In this document: piece after piece, positions 27,342-36,975 of the stretch
Layout: the number at the start of each line of letters is the position of its first letter
How positions within the stretch are numbered: position 1 is the stretch's first letter
From: a virus
Reading direction: 5' to 3' (one strand)
DNA: 64,000 nt
IMG/VR virus record: IMGVR_UViG_3300042991_000483
Location: 7,299-71,298 of that record
The notes under the pieces: model-generated
The model's input: only the letters and a program-made list of their open reading frames with translations
Database searches by the model: none
What the model was told of the DNA's origin: nothing
Made by a program: the position numbers and the translations under genes

Positions 27342-28463
27342 GTGAGGATATTGTATTTCACGGATATGCACGGAAACGTCAAAGCCTTTAACCACATGCT
27401 TCCTCGTGGCGTCCCCGCTAGACACGAAGAGTTTGTCAATACCTTCACCTGGTTGAAACAGATGAAGGAGAAGCACAACTGCTCTAGGTGTGTTTTCGGC
27501 GGCGACCTCTTTGACAGCGTCTGTGATCTGAAGATGCCATACTTCAACATGATGCACCGGGGGATGTGGAGTCTGGATTGCTCTATGGACCTGATAGACG
27601 GGAACCATGACAAGTACGACGCCATCTACAAAGCCATAGATCCGTTCAAACCATTCGCAAGAGTCCACTCCGTCCCTGAAGCCTACTACGATCCCAGCAT
27701 GGGCCATAAACTTGTTTTCCTCCCCTTCCAAAGAGATCCTGAAGTGGCAACGAGTTGGGTGAATGAGTTGACTAAGGAAGAAGTCCCGACGCTGGTCTTC
27801 ATTCATCAAGGCATTCAAGGTTACGTTATAGACGATTGCGCCATCAACAAATCCGTGTTTGCGAAGCCACATATCAAGAAAGTTTTTGGTGGGCATTACC
27901 ACTTTCGCATAGAGACCGGCATAGTCTCTGGGCCTAAGAAGATCATCTACCCAGGGTCCGTGGTGTCCTTGCATTTTGACGACAGTTTCACTGGAAAGTA
28001 CTGCGTTATCTACGACACAGATACGGACGAGTTGATATGGGAGGAGAATCCCTCCACGAGCTTCTTCATACAGATGCCGCAAAAACAGGTCCTAGAATCT
28101 ATGGAACAACTGGAAGGCTTGACCTCTGTAAGCTTCATCCGAATCCTCAAAACGAAAGATGAAGAACTGTCCGTGCCTATGTCTTTCCTCTTGAAGTTCA
28201 GAGGCTACGACATCGGTGAGGAAAAGATCGACCCAGACGCTAAATTTAAGAATGAGCAACAGGAGCAGAGCGAGTTCGACTACGCCTCACACCTGAAGGA
28301 GATGTCTAAGACCGCCAGCGGAGACCTCTCCTACGATCTCACCCACGAACAGTATAAGACCCTCGTACTGAACGGGAACGAAGACGGAACGTTAGTGGAA
28401 CGAGCCACCCAGGAAAAGCTAGACGAAGTCCTGCAAAGCACGTACTTACTGGGAAAAACCTGA
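27342..28463 (+). CDS. SbcD/Mre11/gp47-like nuclease
   Basis: TDMH, GGDLFD, GNHD, GHYH and YPGS metallophosphoesterase motifs. Confidence 0.92.
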   Translation: MRILYFTDMHGNVKAFNHMLPRGVPARHEEFVNTFTWLKQMKEKHNCSRCVFGGDLFDSVCDLKMPYFNMMHRGMWSLDCSMDLIDGNHDKYDAIYKAIDPFKPFARVHSVPEAYYDPSMGHKLVFLPFQRDPEVATSWVNELTKEEVPTLVFIHQGIQGYVIDDCAINKSVFAKPHIKKVFGGHYHFRIETGIVSGPKKIIYPGSVVSLHFDDSFTGKYCVIYDTDTDELIWEENPSTSFFIQMPQKQVLESMEQLEGLTSVSFIRILKTKDEELSVPMSFLLKFRGYDIGEEKIDPDAKFKNEQQEQSEFDYASHLKEMSKTASGDLSYDLTHEQYKTLVLNGNEDGTLVERATQEKLDEVLQSTYLLGKT

Positions 28464-28475
28464 TAGGGGTGTGTC

Positions 28476-30326
28476 TTGTATACAGTGCAGAGCCTCAAAG
28501 CGAAGAATCTTTTCTCATATCACGACATAGATCTGGACTTCTCCGGAAAAGCAGTGATACTCATTGAGGCCGAAGCGTCCAGCATTATGACCACCACGCA
28601 GAAGTCTAATGGGTTTGGAAAATCAACCATAGTAGAGGCGATCAGCTACGCCCTCTATGGGAAATTCCTCCGAAGCCTAGGCGTCCGAATTGCCCCGATA
28701 GACATCATCACAGACGGGGAAAAGAAGATGGAGGTCGAAGTCTGCCTCGTGAAAGAGGAAGACCAAAACGTCTCCATTCGCATCCACAGGAGCCTTGATC
28801 AGAGCGGGGCTAAGGAAGTTTCCATGACGGTCAATGGCGTAGAGAGAAAGTTTGACAAGAAGAAAGACATGGATAAAGCCATCGAAGAATGGCTAGGCAT
28901 AGACTTTGACATGATCCTCCGTAGGTTCTTGACTCCAGAGAACACTTCCTTTATCTCGTTGTCGCCCTCGTCTCGGTTCAAGAGCATAGACTCCCTCATG
29001 TCTTTCAATTGGGATAGGGTCTACGTTGACGCAGCAAACAATATCAAGACGATCAAGGGAGTCCTAGATGGGGCCAAGAAAGAGATGCAATCTCTTGAGG
29101 TAGAGAAGGCTCGTCTAGAGGGGGAGAAGAACATGCTCTCCTACCAGGAGAACGTGCGACAACAGAAATTAACAGACATAGAGAAAAAGATAACCGAACT
29201 GGCGGTGAAGTGCAACGACCTCAAAGCCATTTTGGACCCTCTCGTTGCCTCCTGCGAGGAAGTGGAAAAGACTTTGGAAGCGGTGCGTAAGAAATATGAT
29301 ACGCATCGGGTGCTGAAGGATAGGGTCCAGCAGAAGGTAAGGGATCTGCAAAATGCAGATCCAGAGAAAGATATTCGCAAGCGATTCAACGCTGTCGGCA
29401 ATATCAACTGTCCCCACTGTAAGAAAGATATCGGCACAGAAGACTTGGTACAGCATATGGCCGCAGACAAGAAAAAGGAAATTGCCGATCTCCTCTTCGC
29501 CCTTTCAGAGGAAGTGAAAACCGTCTGCGACGCATTCGATGCTTCTGAGATGCTGCTGAGAAAGAGTCAGACCCTCCTCAAAGAAGAAGAGGGAAAGAAG
29601 TCTAAGGCCCAGAACGATTTCAATATTCGCAAGGCTGAACTTGGAATCCTCATCAAGGAAAAGAACGCCATCGCCAAAGAGATCGCCAACGCCCAAGCCG
29701 ATGCTCGAAAGCTGGAAGAGACTACGGCGCGGTTAGCGGATATGGGAGAAAGACGTGATACCCTCAAGGTAGAAGTCACAAACTACGAGAAGAGCCACGC
29801 CGCTTACCAAGTCGTTAGGAACGCCTCGCAAGCGTCTTCTCCGGCCAGACTCAACTCGGTGGCTCTCCTCTTGCCTGTCCTTTCTTACGGCGTCACCACT
29901 CTCATTTCGCACTTGTTCTCCCGCTCAATTCCTGTTGCTTTTGAAATTCAGAATGACCAGCTTTGGGTAGAGGCCCCTGCTCTCCACATTCCGACCATGT
30001 CCACCGGCGAGAAACGAAGCTTCGACATCGCCGTCTCCCTCACTATACAAAATCTTGCGCTGCAATCTAGCCGAAATCAAATCGGCTTCTTCATCGGGGA
30101 CGAACTCTTCGATGGTTTAGACGCAGACAGAATAAATCTCTCCATCGATCTAATCAAAGCGCAGAAGATACCTCAGATCATCCTCATCACCCACAACGAC
30201 AAGGCGAGGGACGTCATAGAAATGATACCCGAAGTTCACGTCCTGCGGGTGACTAACGACAATGGAATATCCAGCGCGAGGTTCGCAGAAGTAAGAGAGG
30301 AAGCGGATGACCAACGCCCCCAGTAG
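28476..30326 (+). CDS. SbcC/Rad50/gp46-like ATPase
   Basis: NGFGKST, coiled coil with CPHC zinc hook, MSTGE, DELFDGLD and LITH motifs. Confidence 0.93.
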   Translation: MYTVQSLKAKNLFSYHDIDLDFSGKAVILIEAEASSIMTTTQKSNGFGKSTIVEAISYALYGKFLRSLGVRIAPIDIITDGEKKMEVEVCLVKEEDQNVSIRIHRSLDQSGAKEVSMTVNGVERKFDKKKDMDKAIEEWLGIDFDMILRRFLTPENTSFISLSPSSRFKSIDSLMSFNWDRVYVDAANNIKTIKGVLDGAKKEMQSLEVEKARLEGEKNMLSYQENVRQQKLTDIEKKITELAVKCNDLKAILDPLVASCEEVEKTLEAVRKKYDTHRVLKDRVQQKVRDLQNADPEKDIRKRFNAVGNINCPHCKKDIGTEDLVQHMAADKKKEIADLLFALSEEVKTVCDAFDASEMLLRKSQTLLKEEEGKKSKAQNDFNIRKAELGILIKEKNAIAKEIANAQADARKLEETTARLADMGERRDTLKVEVTNYEKSHAAYQVVRNASQASSPARLNSVALLLPVLSYGVTTLISHLFSRSIPVAFEIQNDQLWVEAPALHIPTMSTGEKRSFDIAVSLTIQNLALQSSRNQIGFFIGDELFDGLDADRINLSIDLIKAQKIPQIILITHNDKARDVIEMIPEVHVLRVTNDNGISSARFAEVREEADDQRPQ

Positions 30327-31524
30327 TACCTGGCCCTATGGGATGCCCTTGTTTCAAGTCGTTTTGTGCGGCGAAGAACTAGCGGGAAAAAGCCACGCCG
30401 TCTCCCACCTAGAAAAAGTCTTTGTAGGAGAGGGATTCCGAGTCTTTAAGGTGAAGGAGGGTGCCTCCGATTTTATCTTGGACAGTGAAACCGATTCTTA
30501 CGATGCCTTTGCAAAAAAGTCTCCATTGGAGCGCAGGGACGCCCAGTTTAAGGCTCTACAGCATAGGATAGAAGAAGAGGGCATCGTTCTCAAAGAGGCG
30601 TTAGAGCAAACGATGACCGGGAACAAAGCCGTTATGATCGTCGACCGCCCCTGGTGGGATCCGTATTACTACATGCTGAAGAGGACTGCCAATGATAAAG
30701 GCGTAGTAAAGGAGTATTCTTGGGACTCTATTTTTGCCGATATTATGCTAAGAGGGAGAATGGTCTTCTACCCTTATGGGGTAGTTCCACTTTACGTACA
30801 CCTCGCCCCCTTAGACCACTCCATCACCAAAGGCGCAGACGACTCAAATCTTCGTCCATCAAAAGCACTAGGTAATACCCCGTCTACATTGCGATATCGC
30901 CTGCAATCCTATGTGGACTATCACCTCTTTTTCTTCTTCGTGAAGTCTATGATCGTTCACCACAAAGCCGTGATGACCACCGCCGTAGAGAACGAGAGGG
31001 AGACGATAGTGATCCCACCCAACTATCGGGATAGAGTACTGGGGGTCGCCAAAGAACTTTCCGCTACAGTGGATTGGTCCGGTCTCCCTGTAGTGGAAAG
31101 ATTGGCTCGGGAAGAGGTGATCAAGACATTCAACGAAGCCTCAGTCTATGCCATGTTAGAATCAGATCCAGAGGTACAAAAAGGCGGGGCGAATGTCTTT
31201 GATGTGGCCGCGACAAAAGAATGGGCGTTGATGGACTCTTCCATGACCCTTTCCGTGTTAAAACAAGTACTGGACGTAACCAACTTAGGCTGGCTTCCCA
31301 AGAAAGAATCTGACACACTCATACGGGATCTCACGAGCCAGATCTTTGTAAAAGACGTCCAGAAACGGGATAAGTTTTTGGATGGGTGTGTGGGAAGCAT
31401 CATTAGACAGTATGCACACATCCTCTCGCAAATGGAAGAGAGTGAGAAAGAAGAGAAGCTGCTATCTGTACTAAAAAACAATTACGGTGTCCCAGGCAGT
31501 AAGGGCCCATTCTTCGTCAACTAG
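30307..31524 (+). CDS. P-loop NTPase/kinase (AAA_28 or NMP kinase-like)
   Basis: VVLCGEELAGKS, KVKEGA and MIVDR motifs. Confidence 0.65.
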   Translation: MTNAPSSTWPYGMPLFQVVLCGEELAGKSHAVSHLEKVFVGEGFRVFKVKEGASDFILDSETDSYDAFAKKSPLERRDAQFKALQHRIEEEGIVLKEALEQTMTGNKAVMIVDRPWWDPYYYMLKRTANDKGVVKEYSWDSIFADIMLRGRMVFYPYGVVPLYVHLAPLDHSITKGADDSNLRPSKALGNTPSTLRYRLQSYVDYHLFFFFVKSMIVHHKAVMTTAVENERETIVIPPNYRDRVLGVAKELSATVDWSGLPVVERLAREEVIKTFNEASVYAMLESDPEVQKGGANVFDVAATKEWALMDSSMTLSVLKQVLDVTNLGWLPKKESDTLIRDLTSQIFVKDVQKRDKFLDGCVGSIIRQYAHILSQMEESEKEEKLLSVLKNNYGVPGSKGPFFVN

Positions 31525-31545
31525 CCGAAAATGTCCGGTGTTTCA

Positions 31546-31591
31546 CGCTATATAAATCTGGGGACGATAAATATCCCCTTGCTCTTTGAAA
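31546..31591 (+). promoter_or_regulatory. CGCTATATAAAT promoter-like motif followed by boxA-like TGCTCTTTGAAA
   Basis: Recurrent intergenic motifs immediately before the Y-RNA-like array. Confidence 0.6.
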
Positions 31592-31595
31592 CTTA

Positions 31596-31749
31596 GATGC
31601 CCGATGGTGATAGATGGGAAGTTCATCGCCTATCAAGCGGGGAGTGTGGGTTCGATTCCCACCTTCGATTACCTGGTTCGTCCAGGCTCGGAGTAGTGTA
31701 ACGGCAGCACACCTAAAACAATTTCCTGTCGCGTGTTCCTCGGTCATCT
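31596..31749 (+). ncRNA. YrlA-like Y RNA (circularly permuted tRNA-like domain)
   Basis: Closing stem agatg..ccga/tcgg..catct; order T-arm (gtggg-ttcgatt-cccac), closed acceptor stem (cttcga/tcggag), D-arm (tagtgtaacggcagcac); upstream of TROVE. Confidence 0.85.
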
Positions 31750-31763
31750 TAGTCTATCTGTTT

Positions 31764-31874
31764 CCGGTGGTGATTAGGTATGGGGTACTTCGCTAATGGA
31801 TAGCAGCCCTCTAATCAAGGACAATCGTGGGTTCAATTCCCACAAGTAACACACCCCTCCTTCCAGTTCCCCGG
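31764..31874 (+). ncRNA. Y-RNA-like unit 2 containing an unpermuted tRNA cloverleaf
   Basis: ccgg-TGGTGAT..TACTTC..GTTCC-ccgg frame enclosing a D-arm, a cct-ctaatca-agg arm and a gtggg-ttcaatt-cccac T-arm. Confidence 0.75.
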
Positions 31875-31993
31875 TAACTCTTAAAATCGCCCCCATGGGG
31901 GCATTTTCATTTTGGGGGCATTTCAAAGTCTTTCCGGTTGGGCGTTTCAGAAGACCCCCGGAATTTGTTCCGGTTTCACGCTATATAAATAGA

Positions 31994-32055
31994 ACCGATG
32001 GTGATCGGACGGATACTTCTTGAAAAAGTGCTCCCGTCCAACAATGTTCCTCGGT
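31994..32055 (+). ncRNA. Y-RNA-like unit 3 (minimal)
   Basis: accga-TGGTGAT-cggacgga-TACTTC..ccgtcc..GTTCC-tcggt; own CGCTATATAAAT at 31979. Confidence 0.7.
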
Positions 32056-32064
32056 CAAAAAGCA

Positions 32065-32140
32065 GGCGTGGTGATAGAGTCAGATACTTCACCCTCCCTT
32101 AATCGGAAGATCAAAAAGAGCTGACTCGCTAGTTCCCGCC
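32065..32140 (+). ncRNA. Y-RNA-like unit 4
   Basis: ggcg-TGGTGAT-agagtcaga-TACTTC..ctgactc..GTTCC-cgcc. Confidence 0.7.
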
Positions 32141-32223
32141 AACTATGCTTTCCCTGACCAGAGGGCCATAACGGCTCCCTGGTTTTCCGTTTTACTGGCC
32201 CAACTTTGAATAGGAGGTGGCCA

Positions 32224-32730
32224 ATGTCGAAGACGAATGGTACTAAGCCCAAGACCGGAATGAAGACGACCGCGTGGCCGCAGGTTGCGAACCCGATGAC
32301 TTATGGCGGAACGCCCTCGCCCAAGGCACCCAACGCAGAGTTCATGCTGCGTAGGTCTCTACTGTCCACCCTGCTTTGGGAGGGACAATTCTACGAGGAC
32401 GGCGAGTCCATCGCGGAGCGCATTCGCAGGAACGTGGCGAATGTGGATCCGAACAAGGTCGCTTCTCTTGTGGAAGAGGCTCGCTCAAAGTACAAGCTCA
32501 GGCATGCCCCACTTCTGGTCGTGCGCGAGATGTCTCGTCTGCCGAAGCACAAGGCGTTTGTTGCTGACGCACTGGAGAAGGTCATCCAGCGTCCCGACGA
32601 GATGGCAGAATTTCTCGCCATCTACTGGTCCGAAGGAAAATGCCCCCTTTCTTCTCAGGTTAAGAAGGGTCTTTCTCGCGCGTTTAACAAGTTCAGTGAT
32701 TACCAGTTGGCGAAATACAAAAACGGCTAA
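32224..32730 (+). CDS. Ro60/TROVE protein, N-terminal fragment
   Basis: LLWEGQFYEDG, LRHAPL, IQRPDEMAEFLAIY, KKGL..FNKFSDYQLAKY; SD AGGAGG. Confidence 0.9.
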   Translation: MSKTNGTKPKTGMKTTAWPQVANPMTYGGTPSPKAPNAEFMLRRSLLSTLLWEGQFYEDGESIAERIRRNVANVDPNKVASLVEEARSKYKLRHAPLLVVREMSRLPKHKAFVADALEKVIQRPDEMAEFLAIYWSEGKCPLSSQVKKGLSRAFNKFSDYQLAKYKNG

Positions 32731-32748
32731 CCGGAGAATATATGTTTG

Positions 32749-33366
32749 ATGGCTAATCGACGAGTTTCCTTAGACAAAGAAAGAGTGATTCGTTTATACT
32801 TCGATGAGGGATTAAGTTTTGCCCAAATCGGAGAAATCCTTGGAACGAACCACGGAACCATCGCAAACAGGTTTAGGGAATGGGGTCTCATTCCGAGAAA
32901 GCCGTCAGACAGTAACAAGGGAAAACCTCTCACAGAGGAACACAGGCGTAGGATAGGAAATGCCAATAGAGGAAAGCACCTTTCAGAAGACACGAAGAAA
33001 AAACTATCCGAAGCAAGGGAGGGCAAGCCTTCACCTTTCAAAGGATTACGAAAGTCAACTAACCCGGACATAGTAACCTGGGGAGTATCCGGTGAAGCGC
33101 ATTGGGCATGGAAAGGCGGAATAAGCAAGATTGCAAATCGTCTTCGGCAAACCTCAGAATACAAGGCATGGAGAGATGCCGTTTTCGCTAGAGACGATTT
33201 TACTTGTCAATTTTGCGGAGAACGAGAAAAGAACCTGAGAGCGCACCATCTGATTCTTTTCTCTGTAGTATTGGATTTAGAGGAGAAGGACGATCTCCTC
33301 TTCGCAGTAGAAAATGGGTTGACACTTTGCGCTGCGTGTCACAACGACTTACACTTTGGAGGTTAA
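32749..33366 (+). CDS. NUMOD3-repeat HNH homing endonuclease
   Basis: KPLTEEHRRRIG and HLSEDTKKKLS repeats; WRDAVFARDDFTCQFC, AHH, NGLTLCAACH. Confidence 0.9.
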   Translation: MANRRVSLDKERVIRLYFDEGLSFAQIGEILGTNHGTIANRFREWGLIPRKPSDSNKGKPLTEEHRRRIGNANRGKHLSEDTKKKLSEAREGKPSPFKGLRKSTNPDIVTWGVSGEAHWAWKGGISKIANRLRQTSEYKAWRDAVFARDDFTCQFCGEREKNLRAHHLILFSVVLDLEEKDDLLFAVENGLTLCAACHNDLHFGG

Positions 33367-33367
33367 A

Positions 33368-34393
33368 ATGCAGAACCAGGCAAGAAACACGACCGAAATG
33401 AACACCACAAGAATCTCTCTCCGGGACATCCTCTTCCTCACTCACGCCAAGCCCCAGGACCTTACGGCTACGGGCGCGAAGAAGAAGTTCACCAAGGACG
33501 AGCGCCAGAAGGGCATCCGTAGGAAGCTGACGGCGCAGGAGAAGCTGTGGAAGTCCCTCGTCGAAGGTACTCTCGAAGTCCCCGACACCTGGGAAACGCA
33601 ACTCTCGGCTGGTGCAGACAAGAAGGAGACCTTCACTCGTCTCCTGAAGGAGAACAAGCTCGGTGCCCTTGCTCTCATCCGTAACCTCCGTAACATGACG
33701 AAGTCCGGTGTGGACAAGGATATCATCAAGTCCGGCATCAAGACGATGAAGGTTGAGCGTGTACTCCCGTTCCGCTTCATCACTGCGGCCAAGTACGCAC
33801 CGCAGTTTGAGAAGGAACTAGAAGATGCCATGTTCCGTTGCCTCGATGGCGTTGAGAAGCTGCAGGGAAAGACGGTCCTCATGATCGACGTCTCTGGCTC
33901 TATGAACGGCGGCATTGGGGGAAAGTCCGAACTCAGCCGGATCGACGCAGCTGCTGCCCTCGCAATCCTCGCCCGCGAAATGTGTGAGGATGTGGTCATC
34001 TACTGCACCGCCGGTAACGACGGTTGTAAGGTCCACGCTACTGAAGTCATCCCGAGCCGTAGGGGATTCGCTCTGGCAGAAGCGGTTCGTAACTCCGCTA
34101 ATCGTCTCGGTGGCGGGGGCATCTTCCTCCAGCAGTGTCTAGACTATGCTTACGAGCATGAGAAGAGGGCTGACCGCATCATCGTCTTCACCGACGAGCA
34201 AGACTGCTCCGGATACGATGCCAAGCTGGCTCCGGACAAGGCCAAAGCTTTTGGAGACACAGGGAACTACATCGTGAACGTCTCCTCCTCCGCGAACGGG
34301 ATCGGCTACAAGAAGTTCACACACGTAAACGGTTTTTCAGAAGCCACTCTCCAATTCATCTCCGCACTAGAGAGCGAGTCTAGCCAGCAATAA
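33368..34393 (+). CDS. Ro60/TROVE protein, C-terminal fragment with vWA domain
   Basis: LRDILFLTHAKP, PDTWETQLS, ALIRNLRNM, LPFRF, DVSGSM, FTDEQ and NGFSE motifs; own SD GGAGGT. Confidence 0.92.
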   Translation: MQNQARNTTEMNTTRISLRDILFLTHAKPQDLTATGAKKKFTKDERQKGIRRKLTAQEKLWKSLVEGTLEVPDTWETQLSAGADKKETFTRLLKENKLGALALIRNLRNMTKSGVDKDIIKSGIKTMKVERVLPFRFITAAKYAPQFEKELEDAMFRCLDGVEKLQGKTVLMIDVSGSMNGGIGGKSELSRIDAAAALAILAREMCEDVVIYCTAGNDGCKVHATEVIPSRRGFALAEAVRNSANRLGGGGIFLQQCLDYAYEHEKRADRIIVFTDEQDCSGYDAKLAPDKAKAFGDTGNYIVNVSSSANGIGYKKFTHVNGFSEATLQFISALESESSQQ

Positions 34394-34414
34394 CCGTCAC
34401 CAGCCTACGCTATA

Positions 34415-34444
34415 AAGGGAGGGGGAACCCTCCCTTTTTCTTTT
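34415..34444 (+). terminator. Intrinsic terminator
   Basis: aagggaggg-ggaa-ccctccctt followed by a T-run. Confidence 0.8.
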
Positions 34445-34474
34445 CTTAGAATATACTCGTAGAGGAGAACGAGA

Positions 34475-35119
34475 ATGCCGACGAAGAAAGCCCTTAAAGA
34501 GAAAGCCAAACAGGTTCAGAGAGAGTCTGTGAGTATGTCCAGGGTCTGCGACTTCCTCGGGAAGAAATGTAGCGGCCCCGTTCAATTCTATCTTAGGGAG
34601 AACAACACCACCGGCATTCGCGTCTTACTAGAAGCCGACGGGACAGCGCCACCACCACAGTCTTCTTCAGATCCAGAGTTCAGCGTTGTCAAAGAGAAGG
34701 ACATTGCCTACTCTCTCCTCCCTCCCAGTAAACTCAAGATCCTGACGAAGATAGACTTGGATATCTCGCAATTAGAGATAGTCTCCTCCTCCGGTACGAC
34801 TGAGACCTTCCCCATCCAGAAACAATCCTCAGATTCCACCATGTACTACAAGAACTACCAGACAAAAGGAAACGAAGTATCTCCGAGGTGGATATACACG
34901 GTGGACATGTCCAAGAGCGAAGAAGGTAACGCACCTGCCAATGCCAACGACGAGAATCTGATAGAAGCCTTGGTAAACGCCTTCGTCCTCGCTATATTAA
35001 GTGACAGGAAAGAGAACCCTGATGTGAGCGCAGACCCCGCTACGGGTGGAGCCTCTCAGGGTAACGGCGTAGAAGGCAATGCAGGCGCAGATGTATTGGG
35101 ACCATTAGGCCAAACCTAA
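34475..35119 (+). CDS. Hypothetical protein
   Basis: 214 aa; SD GAGGAG; AGAATATA motif upstream. Confidence 0.7.
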   Translation: MPTKKALKEKAKQVQRESVSMSRVCDFLGKKCSGPVQFYLRENNTTGIRVLLEADGTAPPPQSSSDPEFSVVKEKDIAYSLLPPSKLKILTKIDLDISQLEIVSSSGTTETFPIQKQSSDSTMYYKNYQTKGNEVSPRWIYTVDMSKSEEGNAPANANDENLIEALVNAFVLAILSDRKENPDVSADPATGGASQGNGVEGNAGADVLGPLGQT

Positions 35120-35206
35120 TCCCACCACTCGCCTCAGGTGATACGGGACCTACCCCGAAGCCTTCGAGTTGCCGTCCCTCCTCCTCCATAGTCTTGGGGT
35201 GATCTG

Positions 35207-36775
35207 TTGAACGAAGAAGAGATTAGAAAAAAACTGCATAATCTAGAACCCACTACAGACTGGACCGCTGCTTCTGTACAGGAAGTATCGACTGCTCCGT
35301 ACGGATTAGACGACCGCGGTGGGGGTTGGGTTGTTCGGTGGCCAAAAGACGAATCTAATTTAGACGACTTTCTTATCAACCTCGCCAAAACGAGTTGGTC
35401 TCTGTGTATCCCGCCAGTGTCAGAGTTACCCGCCATTCTTGAGCGAGCTAGGACCGAGAAGGTATCTTTCGATATAGAGACAAACAGCCTCAACCCGTAT
35501 CGTCCTGGGACGGAAGTTATCTGTTTTTCGTTGGGGTTCGACGACAAAGCCTATTCCATTCCGACGAAGCCCCCATTCACGGACCCCGACACGGCGAAGA
35601 TCTACGAAAACTTCATGATCGAGATTGTAAAATCGGCCGCATATCTCATCATGCACTTCGGCGTGTTTGATGTGAGTTTCGTCTGCCATAAGTATCCAGA
35701 AGAACTTGACTTTGAAAAAATCGCTTATAAATTTGATACAATGACTGGTGCCCACGTTCTCACTGGGGCCGGATTGCGCGAATACAATCTCCAGTACGTG
35801 TCCAACTACTTCTGCAAGGCACCGATATGGAAAGGTGGGCCTTCTGACTGGTTGGCCCAAAACTACCGGCTTAAGCAGGACCGTACCTACGACAAAGTCC
35901 CCCCTTATATCTTGCTTCCATACGCGAAGACGGACGCATGGTGGACTAGAAAAGATGCGTCCGTAATAACTGAAGGATTGGAGAAGCAAAATCTTACTCA
36001 GACCTACAGGAACGTCCACGACAGGATCGGATACCTGTGTCTGCTCATGCACATCACCGGACTCTACACAGATAAGTTCATGATAGATTATCTTGAGAGC
36101 ATATACTCCGAGAAGAAAGTTCACACCAAGGGCGTATTCAAGGATATCGTCAGAGATAGGGCATCCCTCTTCTTCGTTACTGAAGACTTTGAGAAAGAGA
36201 TGACACAGGAGATGCAGGAAGCGGTTGATGAGTTCGTTCACGAGATTAACTTAGATAGCCCCAAGCAGATGTCTAAGTTCTTGTTTGAAGTACTGGGGTT
36301 GCCCATCCTAGAAAGGACGAAGCTGACACAGGAGCCGAAGACGGGGGTAAAGATTCTGACTAGGGTGGCTTCGTTCGATCCAGAAATATTTGCGGCACTG
36401 TTCACGTATAAGAAGTGGAGCAAGTACATCGGCTACCTCAAAAACTACGTCACTTACTCTAGCCAAGTCGCCGGCCTCAATACCTCTCCCAAGCGAATCT
36501 GCGCCCACTCTACTTTCAGCCCCATCGGGACGAAGACGGGGAGGCTCTCCTCCGTGAAGCCAAATGCTCAAAACATCAACTTAGGCTCGGGGTTGAAAGC
36601 GGTGTTCTGCTGTCCAGATCGTGCGGAGATGGTGAACGATATCTACGACGAGCTCCGAAAGCGCGGTATGTCTACCGGCATCTGCGAAGCTCACTTCGTA
36701 GACGTCCCCTTATACGAAGATCTTCCGGATGAAGAAGTCGACGACGAAGAAGAGGACGAGGAGATAGTAGAATGA
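35207..36775 (+). CDS. Family A DNA polymerase, N-terminal half (3'-5' exonuclease plus thumb)
   Basis: SFDIET, FDV, DTM, YAKTD, NLDSPKQM..LF and TKTGRLSSVKPNAQNI; lacks motifs A, B and C; acidic tail. Confidence 0.9.
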   Translation: MNEEEIRKKLHNLEPTTDWTAASVQEVSTAPYGLDDRGGGWVVRWPKDESNLDDFLINLAKTSWSLCIPPVSELPAILERARTEKVSFDIETNSLNPYRPGTEVICFSLGFDDKAYSIPTKPPFTDPDTAKIYENFMIEIVKSAAYLIMHFGVFDVSFVCHKYPEELDFEKIAYKFDTMTGAHVLTGAGLREYNLQYVSNYFCKAPIWKGGPSDWLAQNYRLKQDRTYDKVPPYILLPYAKTDAWWTRKDASVITEGLEKQNLTQTYRNVHDRIGYLCLLMHITGLYTDKFMIDYLESIYSEKKVHTKGVFKDIVRDRASLFFVTEDFEKEMTQEMQEAVDEFVHEINLDSPKQMSKFLFEVLGLPILERTKLTQEPKTGVKILTRVASFDPEIFAALFTYKKWSKYIGYLKNYVTYSSQVAGLNTSPKRICAHSTFSPIGTKTGRLSSVKPNAQNINLGSGLKAVFCCPDRAEMVNDIYDELRKRGMSTGICEAHFVDVPLYEDLPDEEVDDEEEDEEIVE

Positions 36776-36975
36776 GTCCAGCCAAAAGCGGTTTCCAAAT
36801 CAATATGCTCCGACAACTCGTGGAGTACTTCGAGAAGAACCCGAGTAAGACCGCTTTAGACTACTCCAAGTCTAGGCACATCCAACTGGAACTCGTAGAG
36901 GGGATGTGCAAGGAGTTGATCCAGCAGGGGGTGTTGTCCAAATCGGTTCTAGGAGAAAAAGATGAAGAAAAGTAA
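36772..36975 (+). CDS. Small winged-helix-like hypothetical protein
   Basis: 67 aa, overlapping both neighbours. Confidence 0.55.
   Translation: MSPAKSGFQINMLRQLVEYFEKNPSKTALDYSKSRHIQLELVEGMCKELIQQGVLSKSVLGEKDEEK

Noticed and set aside
31596-32140. CRISPR-like or simple repeat array
   Set aside because: Units share short motifs and covarying stems rather than identical repeats; better explained as structured RNAs
32700-33420. Group I intron in TROVE
   Set aside because: Almost no non-coding sequence around the HNH ORF and no recognisable P7/core elements; the downstream half has its own SD
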